This document shows positions 11,000 to 20,558 of a DNA stretch of 64,000 bases, one piece after another; the stretch's first letter is position 1; each line of letters opens with the position of its first letter. The translations under genes and the position numbers were made by a program. The notes beneath the pieces were generated by a model. It saw nothing but the letters and a program-made list of their open reading frames with translations. It did not search any database and was not told where the DNA came from. Origin of the DNA: Flavobacteriales bacterium (GTDB lineage Bacteria; Bacteroidota; Bacteroidia; Flavobacteriales_F; PHOS-HE28); contig JAWKNI010000005.1 of NCBI GenBank assembly GCA_041391785.1, positions 107,945-171,944 of the forward strand. Direction: 5' to 3'.

Positions 11000-12079
11000 A
11001 TGCGCTCACTCCCCCTCCTTGCCCTGTCCGCCTTCACCCTGATGGCATACCCGCTGCGGATCAAAGCCCAATACACCCTGCTGGATCTTCCTCGAGCGAG
11101 CCAGGCAGCGACCGTGCAGCAACGGATCGGCATCACTGAACTCGCCGTGGCGTACAGCAGGCCCGGTGCGAAAGGCCGCACGATCTGGGGCGATGTGGTC
11201 CCATACGATCAGGTATGGCGGGCCGGCGCGAATGAGAATACCACCTTCACCTGCACGGACCCGATCACCGTTGAAGGGACCAGGCTGCCGGCCGGGACCT
11301 ACGGTCTTCACATCATCCCCACCGAAGGGGAGTGGACCTTCATCCTCAGCACCGACCATACCGCTTGGGGATCCTATTTCTACAAAAAGGAGAATGATGC
11401 CGTGCGTGCCAACGTGGCAACGCGGCCCTGCACCATGACGGAACAGGTGACCTATGGCTTTTCGGAAGTGACGGACAGCAGTGCCGTAATGACCATGCGG
11501 TGGGGCACCACCGAACTGCCCATCCGGATCGGCGTGGATGTGCACGGGATCATCCTTGCGGGGCTAGAAGACCAGCTGCGCGGACTGACCGCCTTCGGGT
11601 GGGAGGCCTGGTACGAGGCGGCGCATTACTGCCATGAGGAAGGCATCGCTCCGGAACGTGCCATGAAATGGGTGGACATCAGCATTGCACGCCAGCCCAA
11701 TTTCGAGAACCGCACCCTGAAGGCCACCTTGCTGGAGGAGCAGGGCAAGACCACGGAAGCGGCTGCCCTGCGCAAGGAGATGATCGATGGCGCCACGAAT
11801 GCACAACTGAACACCTATGCCTATCAACTGGCGAACCGGGGCAATGTGGAAGAAGCCGTCAGGATGTTCGCGTTGAATGCGAAGCGTCATCCAAAGGACC
11901 CGAACGTGCATGACAGCCTCGGAGAAGGCTACATGATGATGGGCAACAAGGCTGCGGCGATCAAGGCCTTCAAGAAGAGCCTGGACATGAACCCACCGGA
12001 GAACGTGAAAGCCAACTCCGTGCGTTGCCTGAAGAAACTCGGTGTGGACACCAGCGGCTACGAGACGGCGAAGAAGTGA
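11000..12079 (+). CDS. DUF2911 domain protein with C-terminal TPR repeats (secreted)
   Basis: Signal peptide; YSRPGAKGRTIWGDVVPYDQVWRAGANENTTF...RLPAGTYGLHIIPTEGEWTFILS matches DUF2911; C-terminal TPR-like helices. Paralog at 22216..23052. Confidence 0.7.
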   Translation: MRSLPLLALSAFTLMAYPLRIKAQYTLLDLPRASQAATVQQRIGITELAVAYSRPGAKGRTIWGDVVPYDQVWRAGANENTTFTCTDPITVEGTRLPAGTYGLHIIPTEGEWTFILSTDHTAWGSYFYKKENDAVRANVATRPCTMTEQVTYGFSEVTDSSAVMTMRWGTTELPIRIGVDVHGIILAGLEDQLRGLTAFGWEAWYEAAHYCHEEGIAPERAMKWVDISIARQPNFENRTLKATLLEEQGKTTEAAALRKEMIDGATNAQLNTYAYQLANRGNVEEAVRMFALNAKRHPKDPNVHDSLGEGYMMMGNKAAAIKAFKKSLDMNPPENVKANSVRCLKKLGVDTSGYETAKK

Positions 12080-12306
12080 ATACGCCTTTGACTCGGGGCT
12101 GCTAGCCCTTTGCCAAACCCGCACGGATCAAGGTCACTCCGGGCGAAGGGAGGCTTTGCGACGGAAGACCCGGAGTCTCACCAGATGACCTTGAACATCG
12201 GTGAGACACCGGATAGCCCACCACACACACAGATCCGCACCCGGGCTTCCGGCGTGACGATCACGGTGGCGACCCGAGCTCGTAGCCAGCATTCTACCTT
12301 AGCCCC

Positions 12307-14829
12307 ATGCACCTCGTCCATTTCCGCGCACGGCTTACCCGTGTCGCACTCCTCGCTTTCGCCCTTCACTTCGTACCGCTCCACACCACCGCCCAACGCC
12401 CGCCCGCACAACCCGATGCCGCCGAGATCCTGCACAAGATGCAGAAGCTCCAGGTGCTGGGCAGCGTGCTCTACATCGTGGCCCACCCCGATGACGAGAA
12501 CACCCGCCTGATCGCGTGGCTAGCCAACGGAAAGAAGGTGCGCACCGGCAACCTCAGCCTCACACGCGGCGATGGAGGACAGAATCTGATCGGACCCGAA
12601 CTCGGTGACGCACTGGGCATCATCCGTACGCAGGAGTTGCTGGAAGCACGACGCATCGATGGCGGCGAGCAGTTCTTCACCCGGGCGGTGGACTTCGGCT
12701 ACAGCAAGAGCGCCGAGGAAAGCTTCGAGAAATGGGGCAGGCAGGAAGTGTTGAGCGATGTGGTGCGTGTGATCCGCATGTTCCGGCCGGATATCATCAT
12801 CACCCGCTTCTCGCACATCCCCGGTGGCACGCACGGACACCATACCGCCAGCGCCATCCTCGCGCATGAGGCATTCGACCTGGCCGGTGACCCAAAGGCT
12901 TTTCCCGAACAATTCGAGGAGGGCCTTGAAGTGTGGCAACCGCGCCGCCTCTTCCACAACGGCAGCACCTGGTGGCGCAAGGACCTCGCGGACATTGTGA
13001 AGACCGACCCCGATTGGTTCGCGGTGGATGTGGGTGGCTACGACCCGCTGCTAGGACTGAGCTACACCGAGATCGCCGGGCGCAGCCGCAGCATGCACAA
13101 GAGCCAAGGCTTTGGCGCTGCCGAAACACGTGGCGAGCAACTCGAATACCTGCACTTCGAGAAAGGCGACCGACCGAAAGGCGATGACATTTTCGAGGGG
13201 ATCGATATGACGTGGGGGAGAGTGAAAGGGGGATTGGAATTCGCCAATATTATTTCGACTGCGATAGATGAATTCAACCCACTCTCACCTGAGACCTCAA
13301 TAAGACATTTGGTTAATGCTGATGGCGTATTGAGAGGCGGTCTTATGGGTCATGATCAATGGTTCGGCTACAAGGTCATTGATGTCCAGCAACTGGGCAA
13401 TGCATCTTCGGGCGTCTATGTTGAGGCGAATACAGACCAATCTTTCGTATCGGTCATTGACAGTGTATCAGTTGAATTGACTGCAACAAATCGCGGTAAC
13501 GCCGATCTGGTGGTATACGAGGTGGATGGAAATTGCAATGGCTGGAAGAACGAGGTTCCGTCCTTCGTCAGAGGTGTCTGGTCGGAATCCCTGATGTGCA
13601 CGATCCGTTCGATGAATGCCCCATATTGGCTTGAACATCCACATTCCACCCTCTACACCATACCCAATGTAAAGGCCATCGGCTCTCCTGTTCGAAATGC
13701 AACCCATCATTTTCGAATGAGCTTAGGATACAATGAGTTGGCCTTCACGGAGTATCCCATTTTGATGCACAAATGGGTTGACCGCGTCGATGGCGAACGC
13801 ACCCGTCCGGTCTACATCACGCCTGTGGCATCAATCATTCCTAAGACCAACATCCTGATCGCACGCGGTGGCACCCAGACCATCACCGTGGAAGTGGAAG
13901 CGCTCACCGACAGCTTGACCGGTCAGCTCGAAATGAAGCTTCCACTGGGCTGGGTTGAAGTCATGGAACCAAATCCTGTGAACATACCAAGGCGGAACGA
14001 CCGACAGTCGTTCACGTTCAAGGTGATGCCCTCAACTCATGCCACCAGGGGCCCGGCACGATTCGAGTTCAGCGGTTCCAAGGGTAAGGCGGACCGGACA
14101 CTGCACGAGATCGACTACCCGCACATCATGCCGCAGGTGTACTACACGCCCGCCGAGGTGCAGCTGATCCCGCTGGATGTGAAGGTGAACGCGGAACGCG
14201 TAGGCTACATCAAGGGCGCCGGTGATGATGTGCCGCAAGCGATCGAACGCCTCGGTGTCACCGTGGACATGATCGACCCCGCGACCGCCACCTTGGAGAG
14301 TCTTGCAAAGTACGATGCGATCGTGGTCGGCATACGCGCCTACAACACCGAGAAGGCGATGGCGCAGTTCAATCCCGTGCTGATGAAGTACGTGGAGAAC
14401 GGCGGCACCGTTGTGGCCCAGTACAACACGCTGAGCCGCGACATGATGGTGGAGGCGAACAAGATCGGTCCTTACCCCTTCGAACTGACCCGCAACCGCG
14501 TGACCGTGGAGGAAGCGTCACCGACCTTCCTCGATCCGAAACATCCCTTGTTGAACACACCGAACAAGATCACACTGGCCGACTTCGAGGGTTGGGTGCA
14601 GGAACGCGGTCTCTACTTCGTGGGTGAACGCGATCCGAAATACACCGCGCTTATCAGCTGGAACGATCCGGGCGAAGACCCGCTGGACGGTGCCTTGATC
14701 ACCTGCGACCACGGCAAAGGGCGGTATGTGTACACGGGCATCAGCTTCTTCCGGGAGTTGCCGGCCGGGGTACCGGGGGCGTATCGGCTGTGGGCGAACC
14801 TTATCTCTCGGAAGGAGGAAGGGAAGTAG
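12307..14829 (+). CDS. PIG-L/LmbE family deacetylase fused to ThuA-like (class I glutamine-amidotransferase-like) C-terminal domain, secreted
   Basis: VLYIVAHPDDENTRLIAWLA...LTRGDGGQNLIGPE LmbE motif; C-terminal YDAIVVGIRAYNT...NGGTVVAQYNT ThuA-like. Contains low-GC in-frame segment ~13200-13860. Confidence 0.8.
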   Translation: MHLVHFRARLTRVALLAFALHFVPLHTTAQRPPAQPDAAEILHKMQKLQVLGSVLYIVAHPDDENTRLIAWLANGKKVRTGNLSLTRGDGGQNLIGPELGDALGIIRTQELLEARRIDGGEQFFTRAVDFGYSKSAEESFEKWGRQEVLSDVVRVIRMFRPDIIITRFSHIPGGTHGHHTASAILAHEAFDLAGDPKAFPEQFEEGLEVWQPRRLFHNGSTWWRKDLADIVKTDPDWFAVDVGGYDPLLGLSYTEIAGRSRSMHKSQGFGAAETRGEQLEYLHFEKGDRPKGDDIFEGIDMTWGRVKGGLEFANIISTAIDEFNPLSPETSIRHLVNADGVLRGGLMGHDQWFGYKVIDVQQLGNASSGVYVEANTDQSFVSVIDSVSVELTATNRGNADLVVYEVDGNCNGWKNEVPSFVRGVWSESLMCTIRSMNAPYWLEHPHSTLYTIPNVKAIGSPVRNATHHFRMSLGYNELAFTEYPILMHKWVDRVDGERTRPVYITPVASIIPKTNILIARGGTQTITVEVEALTDSLTGQLEMKLPLGWVEVMEPNPVNIPRRNDRQSFTFKVMPSTHATRGPARFEFSGSKGKADRTLHEIDYPHIMPQVYYTPAEVQLIPLDVKVNAERVGYIKGAGDDVPQAIERLGVTVDMIDPATATLESLAKYDAIVVGIRAYNTEKAMAQFNPVLMKYVENGGTVVAQYNTLSRDMMVEANKIGPYPFELTRNRVTVEEASPTFLDPKHPLLNTPNKITLADFEGWVQERGLYFVGERDPKYTALISWNDPGEDPLDGALITCDHGKGRYVYTGISFFRELPAGVPGAYRLWANLISRKEEGK

Positions 14830-14840
14830 GAAGAATGTTC

Positions 14841-14863
14841 AAGACTCAAGTCACAAGTCACAA
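14841..14863 (+). repeat. Left terminal inverted repeat of 4HB element (aagactcaagtcacaagtcacaa)
   Basis: 21/23 nt identical to reverse complement of 15421-15444; third direct copy at 15272-15295. Confidence 0.55.
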
Positions 14864-14907
14864 TTAGGAAGGGTTCAAGAGCGTGTGACCTTAGGCAACG
14901 AGACGCG

Positions 14908-15318
14908 ATGAACGAACAGCGGAAATACGATCTCGAAGAAAGAACCACGGTGTTCGGGTCGGCTATCATTCGTTTTGTGGACCGGTTGCCCAATACCGTG
15001 GCTGGCCGGCACATGGGTGGGCAGTTGATCCGCTGCGGAACTGCGCCGGCTTTTCATTATGGTGAATCGCAAAGCGCGGAATCGCCAAAGGATTTCATCC
15101 ACAAGATCCGGATCGCGCACAAGGAGCTGAAGGAAAGCCGATCGAATGTCCGCATGCTGAAAGGAGCGGAACTACTTCCAGCAACCGACGAGGGCATGAA
15201 CTGGCTGCTCAACGAACTCGAAGAATTGATCAAGATCTTCGGAAAGATCCTCGCCACTGCGAAGAAGAACCAGACTCAAGACCCAAGTCACAAGTCTCAA
15301 GGCTCAAGACCCATGTGA
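14908..15318 (+). CDS. Four-helix-bundle protein (23S rRNA intervening-sequence protein family, TIGR02436-like)
   Basis: YDLEERTTVFGSAIIRFVDRLPNT...AGRHMGGQLIRCGTAPAFHYGESQSAESPKDFIHKIRIAHKELKESRSNVRML matches the 4HB/23S_rRNA_IVP family. Confidence 0.8.
   Translation: MNEQRKYDLEERTTVFGSAIIRFVDRLPNTVAGRHMGGQLIRCGTAPAFHYGESQSAESPKDFIHKIRIAHKELKESRSNVRMLKGAELLPATDEGMNWLLNELEELIKIFGKILATAKKNQTQDPSHKSQGSRPM
15272..15295 (+). repeat. Internal direct copy of the same motif inside the 3' end of the 4HB gene
   Basis: gactcaagacccaagtcacaagtc; encodes the odd C-terminal tail ...QTQDPSHKSQGSRPM. Confidence 0.5.
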
Positions 15319-15420
15319 ATGCACCTCAGTATTCTACTTCCATTTGTCCTTACAATTCAGTCTTCACATGCACGCGATCATCACTGCTCGATCGGGGGTA
15401 CACCTATTCAGTAGTTGGCA

Positions 15421-15444
15421 CTTGTGTCTTGTAACTTGAGTCTT
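15421..15444 (-). repeat. Right terminal inverted repeat of 4HB element
   Basis: cttgtgtcttgtaacttgagtctt = reverse complement aagactcaagttacaagacacaag. Confidence 0.55.
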
Positions 15445-15453
15445 TGAGTTCCC

Positions 15454-17190
15454 ATGCATTGGCTCGACTGGCTCATCCTACTCGGTACCCTCGGCTTCAT
15501 CGTCGGCTACGGGGTATGGAAGACGCGTGCATCGCACACCAGCGACAGCTTCCTGCGCGGCGGTACCGATAACAAATGGTGGGCCGTCGGACTGAGCGTG
15601 ATGGCCACGCAGGCCAGTGCGATCACCTTCCTCAGCACGCCAGGCCAGGGCTTTCTGGATGGTATGGGCTTTGTGCAGTTCTACTTCGGACTGCCACTGG
15701 CCATGCTGGTGATCGGCTTCGTGTTCATCCCGCTCTACTACAAGTGGAAGGTGTACACGGCCTACGAGTTCATCGGCAAGCGCTTCGATGGGCGCACGCG
15801 GCTGCTTACGGCCGGTCTCTTCCTGGTACAGCGCAGCCTGGCCGCAGGCATCACCATCTACGCGCCCAGCATCATCCTGAGCAAGGTGCTGCACTGGCCG
15901 CTCAGCTGGACTTGCGCGTTCATCGGTGCGCTGGTGATCATCTATACCACCACCGGTGGGGCCCGTGCCGTGGGCGTGACCCACAAGCAGCAGATGGCCG
16001 TGATGTTCCTTGGGATCTTCGCCGCCTTCGGTCTCACGGTCCACTACCTGGGTGATCACGCCTCCTTTGGCGAAAGCCTGGCCCTTGCCGGAGCACTGGG
16101 CAAGATGAACATCGTGGACACCTCCTGGGACCCCTCCACCAAGTACACGCTGTGGAGCGGCCTGATCGGTGGTTTCTTCCTTCAGCTTTCCTACTTCGGG
16201 ACGGACCAGAGCCAGGTGCAGCGCTACCTCGGCGGACAGAATGTAGCGCAGGCGCGGCAGGGGCTCTGGATGAACGCGCTGCTGAAGATCCCCATGCAGT
16301 TCTTCATCCTGCTCACCGGTGTGCTGGTGTTCGTGTTCTACTTGTTCAATGCCTCGCCGGTGCATTGGAACGCGGCCAATGTGGAGGCGATGGCGACATC
16401 ACCGGTCTCTCCGGAACTGGCCGAGCTGCGTAAGATGCACGCGGAGAACCAGACACTGTTGGAGGAACGCTCCATGGCCTGGGTGAAGGCCCGCAGGTCC
16501 GGCGATGCGGCAGCGGAAGAGCAGGCCAAGGCCGCACTGGAAGAGCGCCTGACCACCGACAAGGCGCTCCGGGAGGAGACGACCGCATTGCTGCGCAACG
16601 AATTTCCCGACCGCGAGGCGAACGATAAGGATTACATCTTCATCAGTTACGTGATGGACCACCTGCCGGTCGGCATCGTGGGCCTGCTGCTGGCCATGAT
16701 CTTCAGCGCGGGCATGAGCAGCACGAGTGCCGAATTGAGCGCACTGGCAACGACCAGCGTGGTGGATGTGGTCCGGAAGGAACGTAACGACGGTCAACAG
16801 GTCCTGGCGACACGCCGCGCCACAGCACTTTTCGGGGTGATGGCACTGGCCTTCGCCGCGATCTTCTCCCTCTTCGAGAACCTGATCCAGGCCGTGAACA
16901 TCCTCGGCTCGTTGTTCTATGGCACCATCCTGGGCATCTTCCTGGTGGCCTTTTTCCTACGCTGGGTGCAGGGCACGGCGGTGTTCGTGGCTGCGCTGAT
17001 CGCCCAGTGCCTCATTCTTGTCCATTTTGGCTTGGACCACTGGAACGTACTGGCGACCGAACTGCCGGACGGTACGATCCGCGATCCGATCGCGATCGCC
17101 TTCCTGTGGTACAACCTGATCGCACCGGCCATCGTGGTGGGGATCGCCATCCTGGCCCAGGCCGTTCTTCCCGGCCCGAGGCACGCGTGA
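15454..17190 (+). CDS. Sodium:solute symporter (SSS family)
   Basis: ~13 TM helices; SSF-family features (N-terminal GG..RxxxxxxxF-like region, large hydrophilic insertion near residue 300-400). Confidence 0.8.
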   Translation: MHWLDWLILLGTLGFIVGYGVWKTRASHTSDSFLRGGTDNKWWAVGLSVMATQASAITFLSTPGQGFLDGMGFVQFYFGLPLAMLVIGFVFIPLYYKWKVYTAYEFIGKRFDGRTRLLTAGLFLVQRSLAAGITIYAPSIILSKVLHWPLSWTCAFIGALVIIYTTTGGARAVGVTHKQQMAVMFLGIFAAFGLTVHYLGDHASFGESLALAGALGKMNIVDTSWDPSTKYTLWSGLIGGFFLQLSYFGTDQSQVQRYLGGQNVAQARQGLWMNALLKIPMQFFILLTGVLVFVFYLFNASPVHWNAANVEAMATSPVSPELAELRKMHAENQTLLEERSMAWVKARRSGDAAAEEQAKAALEERLTTDKALREETTALLRNEFPDREANDKDYIFISYVMDHLPVGIVGLLLAMIFSAGMSSTSAELSALATTSVVDVVRKERNDGQQVLATRRATALFGVMALAFAAIFSLFENLIQAVNILGSLFYGTILGIFLVAFFLRWVQGTAVFVAALIAQCLILVHFGLDHWNVLATELPDGTIRDPIAIAFLWYNLIAPAIVVGIAILAQAVLPGPRHA

Positions 17191-17280
17191 AATTCCCGGG
17201 GCTCCCCAATATTGGTGACCGCTTCGGAACGGTCCGTTGGCATACATTTGAACGTTCTGACACTTAACCGATCAAAACCC

Positions 17281-18267
17281 ATGAACAGACTCTTACTCTC
17301 TCTTACTGCAGCCAGCCTCATTTCAGGCTTGAGCGCCCAACGTCAGGTTGGTCGTGTGCAACTCTTCGAACCGCTGCAACACAGCGGCGAACGGGCCACG
17401 GACACCATTGGTTCCCCGATCCTTTATCAGCAAACGACCATTCCAGCACTGTACGGTGTCACGGATGGTGGCTGGTTAACGGGTTCGAACAGTTACGGTG
17501 ACCTTGCCAAGGCTCAGACCTTCAGCATCTCCAGCTCCGTGATGGCCGAGGGCATGGGCGTGTGGATCCCTGCGAAGATCCAGACCAACGGCAACCCGAA
17601 CTCGAAAGTGACCTTCAACATTTACCCGGCCAATGGAGCAGGTTCCGCCAGCACCGGTGCCGTGACCACGGCCCCGGGCAACTCGATCGCAAGCGTCGAC
17701 GTGCCCATCGCATCCATCGATACCTCGATCGCAGGTGGTGGTGGATTCACCTGGAGGAACTTCTCCCCGGTGAACGTATCCAACCTGTTCTGTGCTGGTG
17801 TGGACCTTTCCACACTTGCCGCTGGTGACAGCATCGGGATCATGAGCACCCGGGACAGCGTGGTGACCACCCCGGACTATTCCTGGGAGAAGTGGAGCGA
17901 CGCGTCCTGGCACACCCTGCTGCAGGCATGGCCGATCAATTGCGACCTGTACATCTTCGTGATCATCGACGAGGGTCCGATCGGCATCGAGGAAGCGGCC
18001 TCCATCAATGGCATGCGCATGGTGTTCCGCACCGGTAACGTCATCACCGACCGTATCGACCTGCAATTCGCACTGGACAATGCAGCGCGCACGCGCCTGG
18101 TGATCAGCGATCTCAGCGGTCGTACCATGCTCGATGAGGACCTGGGCCAACGGGCTCCCGGCACCCATGACCGGAACATCGATGCTTCCAGCTGGAGCGC
18201 TGGCACGTATCTGGTCTCGCTCATCAGCAATGGAAAGACCATCACCAAGAAAGTAGTGAAGAACTGA
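17281..18267 (+). CDS. T9SS type-A C-terminal sorting domain protein (secreted cargo), paralog of 20559..21587
   Basis: Signal peptide MNRLLLSLTAASLISGLSAQ; C-terminus ...DASSWSAGTYLVSLISNGKTITKKVVKN typical T9SS CTD; shares GSNSYGD(L/K)AKAQ and SWEKWS(D/N)xSW(H/N)TL blocks with the paralog. Confidence 0.7.
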   Translation: MNRLLLSLTAASLISGLSAQRQVGRVQLFEPLQHSGERATDTIGSPILYQQTTIPALYGVTDGGWLTGSNSYGDLAKAQTFSISSSVMAEGMGVWIPAKIQTNGNPNSKVTFNIYPANGAGSASTGAVTTAPGNSIASVDVPIASIDTSIAGGGGFTWRNFSPVNVSNLFCAGVDLSTLAAGDSIGIMSTRDSVVTTPDYSWEKWSDASWHTLLQAWPINCDLYIFVIIDEGPIGIEEAASINGMRMVFRTGNVITDRIDLQFALDNAARTRLVISDLSGRTMLDEDLGQRAPGTHDRNIDASSWSAGTYLVSLISNGKTITKKVVKN

Positions 18268-18289
18268 ACCTGACCTTATCCCGGGAAAA

Positions 18290-18320
18290 GGGCTGCCTCG
18301 ATCGGGCGGCCCTTTTCATT
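18290..18320 (+). terminator. Rho-independent terminator
   Basis: GGGCTGCCtcgatcgGGCGGCCCtttt. Confidence 0.6.
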
Positions 18321-18497
18321 TCATCCCAGCGCGTGGCAACCATATGTCCCAAGGCCAGGGTCATCCTTGCCTCATGATCATGGGAGAATTCCCAAGAATG
18401 GCGCGGGATTCGTCACGGGACGAACTTGGAATTGCGTGACGAAAGGGTTTCCTTTGTGCTTCCCTGACCTCGCTAAGAACACTTAACCAACCCTGAT

Positions 18498-20312
18498 ATG
18501 AAGAAGATCTACACTACCGCGCTGGCCGCTTTGGTCGCCAGCACCGGTGTGATCGCCCAGTCGTCCTCTGCGACGACCGGTCACCCGGTCAAAAAGGAGC
18601 GTTTCGCCCGTGTGAGCTCCGAACACCAGCTTCCGGCGTATGGCGCCGACCGCGTCACCATCTGGTCCAGCGATTTCTCCGACCCTTCGGAATGGACCAT
18701 CGGGAACATCAGTGACCCGAACAACGACAACTGGGTGATCGGCACCGCGGTCCCCAGCGGAGCCTTCGCCATCCCGGGCATCATGTCCACCACCGCCGCC
18801 AACGGTTTCGCGCTGTTCGACTCCGACTTGCTTTGCGGGGGTACCCAGAACGCCTACGTGCAGATGGCCGACCCGATCGACCTCAGCACCTACCCTGGCG
18901 CTGTATTGCAATTCGAGCAGTACTACCGCAATTTCCAAGGCGATTGCTGGGTGGATGTGAGCAACAACGGCACGGATTGGACCGAATATCAAGTGAATGC
19001 GGACGTGGCCGTGAACGCTTCCACCCCGAACCCTGAATTGATCAGCGTGAACATCTCGGCCGTGGCAGGTGGACAGGCCACCGCATGGGTGCGTTTCCGC
19101 TACACGGGCGGTTGCGATTATGCATGGATGGTGGACGATGTGGCCATCATCGAACTCCCGGAGAACGACCTGATCATGAATTCCGCCTACTTGAGCCACC
19201 TGGGTGGTGCTGAGGAATACTGCCGCATTCCAACCGGCCAGCTGGTCTCCACGATGTCCGTGGGCGGTGTATTCGAGAATTTCGGTTCCGCCGAACAGAC
19301 CAACGTGATGGTGAACATGGAAGTGCGCAACAGCGCCAACACCGTGGTATTCACCGCTTCCACTACGCTTGCCACCATGGCCGGCTCCACCACCGCGAAC
19401 ATGGATGAGGTGGTCACCCTGCCGACGCTCGATCCGGACGTCTACACCGCGACCTTCACTGTTTCCTCGGACCAAAGCGCCAGTGATGCCACACCTGCGG
19501 ACAATGTGTACCTGCGTACGTTTGAGGTGAATGATGACCTCTTCTCCCTGGACGGTGTGGGCAACCACCCTGCCGGTTACGAGACCCTGACCTCTTTGGG
19601 AACAGCTTCATTCATGGATGACACGGATGGGGTCATTTCTCTCACTCAATACAACATCAGCAGCGATGTGATGGTCTACGGCATCGAATTCGACATCACA
19701 GCGACCTCCGAGGCCGGTGCCGGTGTAACCGTTGCTCTGCGCGACACGGCAGATGTTTTGGCAGTTACTCCGGCCATGACGAACCTGCTGGCGGAGAGTG
19801 ATATCTACGCCCTTACCGCTGCGGACATCACCGCTGGTATCGTTCAACTGCAGTTCATCACACCTTACCTGTTGAATCCCGGTGGATACTACGCGGGCGT
19901 GGAGATGTTCAGCAATGTGAACACGAACGATGTGGCCATCATCGATGACCTCACCGTTCCAGAACCGAACAACGCAAGTCTGTTCTACAGCCTTACGGAC
20001 AATACCGTTTATGGTAACGGGAACGCCATGGCCATCCGGCTGATCACCGACCCGACCGTGGGCGTGCGCGATCTGGACGAGCTCACCGGTGTGACCCTCT
20101 TCCCGAACCCGAGCAATGGATTGGTGCGCATCAACACCGAAGCGTTCGATGTGTACACCGTGGAAGTGATCAACACCATGGGGGCCACCGTGCAGGCCAC
20201 CCGCATCAATGGCAATGCCGTGCTCGACCTGAGCAATGAGGCCAAAGGCGTCTACATGGTGCGCATCTCCAACGAGAAGGCCGCCACTGTGCAGCGCGTA
20301 ACGCTGTACTGA
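18498..20312 (+). CDS. T9SS type-A C-terminal sorting domain protein (secreted cargo), 604 aa
   Basis: Signal peptide; C-terminus ...LSNEAKGVYMVRISNEKAATVQRVTLY = T9SS CTD. Confidence 0.7.
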   Translation: MKKIYTTALAALVASTGVIAQSSSATTGHPVKKERFARVSSEHQLPAYGADRVTIWSSDFSDPSEWTIGNISDPNNDNWVIGTAVPSGAFAIPGIMSTTAANGFALFDSDLLCGGTQNAYVQMADPIDLSTYPGAVLQFEQYYRNFQGDCWVDVSNNGTDWTEYQVNADVAVNASTPNPELISVNISAVAGGQATAWVRFRYTGGCDYAWMVDDVAIIELPENDLIMNSAYLSHLGGAEEYCRIPTGQLVSTMSVGGVFENFGSAEQTNVMVNMEVRNSANTVVFTASTTLATMAGSTTANMDEVVTLPTLDPDVYTATFTVSSDQSASDATPADNVYLRTFEVNDDLFSLDGVGNHPAGYETLTSLGTASFMDDTDGVISLTQYNISSDVMVYGIEFDITATSEAGAGVTVALRDTADVLAVTPAMTNLLAESDIYALTAADITAGIVQLQFITPYLLNPGGYYAGVEMFSNVNTNDVAIIDDLTVPEPNNASLFYSLTDNTVYGNGNAMAIRLITDPTVGVRDLDELTGVTLFPNPSNGLVRINTEAFDVYTVEVINTMGATVQATRINGNAVLDLSNEAKGVYMVRISNEKAATVQRVTLY

Positions 20313-20333
20313 TCCCAACGCTTCTGCTGAAAG

Positions 20334-20364
20334 GGCCATCCACATGTGTGGATGGCCCTTTTTC
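20334..20364 (+). terminator. Rho-independent terminator (perfect 12-bp stem)
   Basis: GGGCCATCCACAtgTGTGGATGGCCCttttt. Confidence 0.7.
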
Positions 20365-20558
20365 GTTCACGGTACATCCCAGACGAATCCGGACGAGCGA
20401 GCAGCACCCGCCGATGGCCCCGGATCCAACGCTCCGCCACCGCCAGATAGCCACCATTGCCCGGGGGTGTAACGTTACCGCACCTTCCCAGGCATCAGGG
20501 ATGAGCGGCGCAACGGCCCAGGTTGATTTGTGGAATGCAACTACCAATACACATTCCC

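Larger units (their letters stand above)
14841..15444. mobile_element. MITE-like ~600-bp unit bounded by imperfect 23-bp inverted repeats and carrying the four-helix-bundle gene
   Basis: Terminal inverted repeats plus internal repeat copy; the element sits exactly in the intergenic space between the PIG-L gene stop (14829) and the SSS transporter start (15454). Confidence 0.35.
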
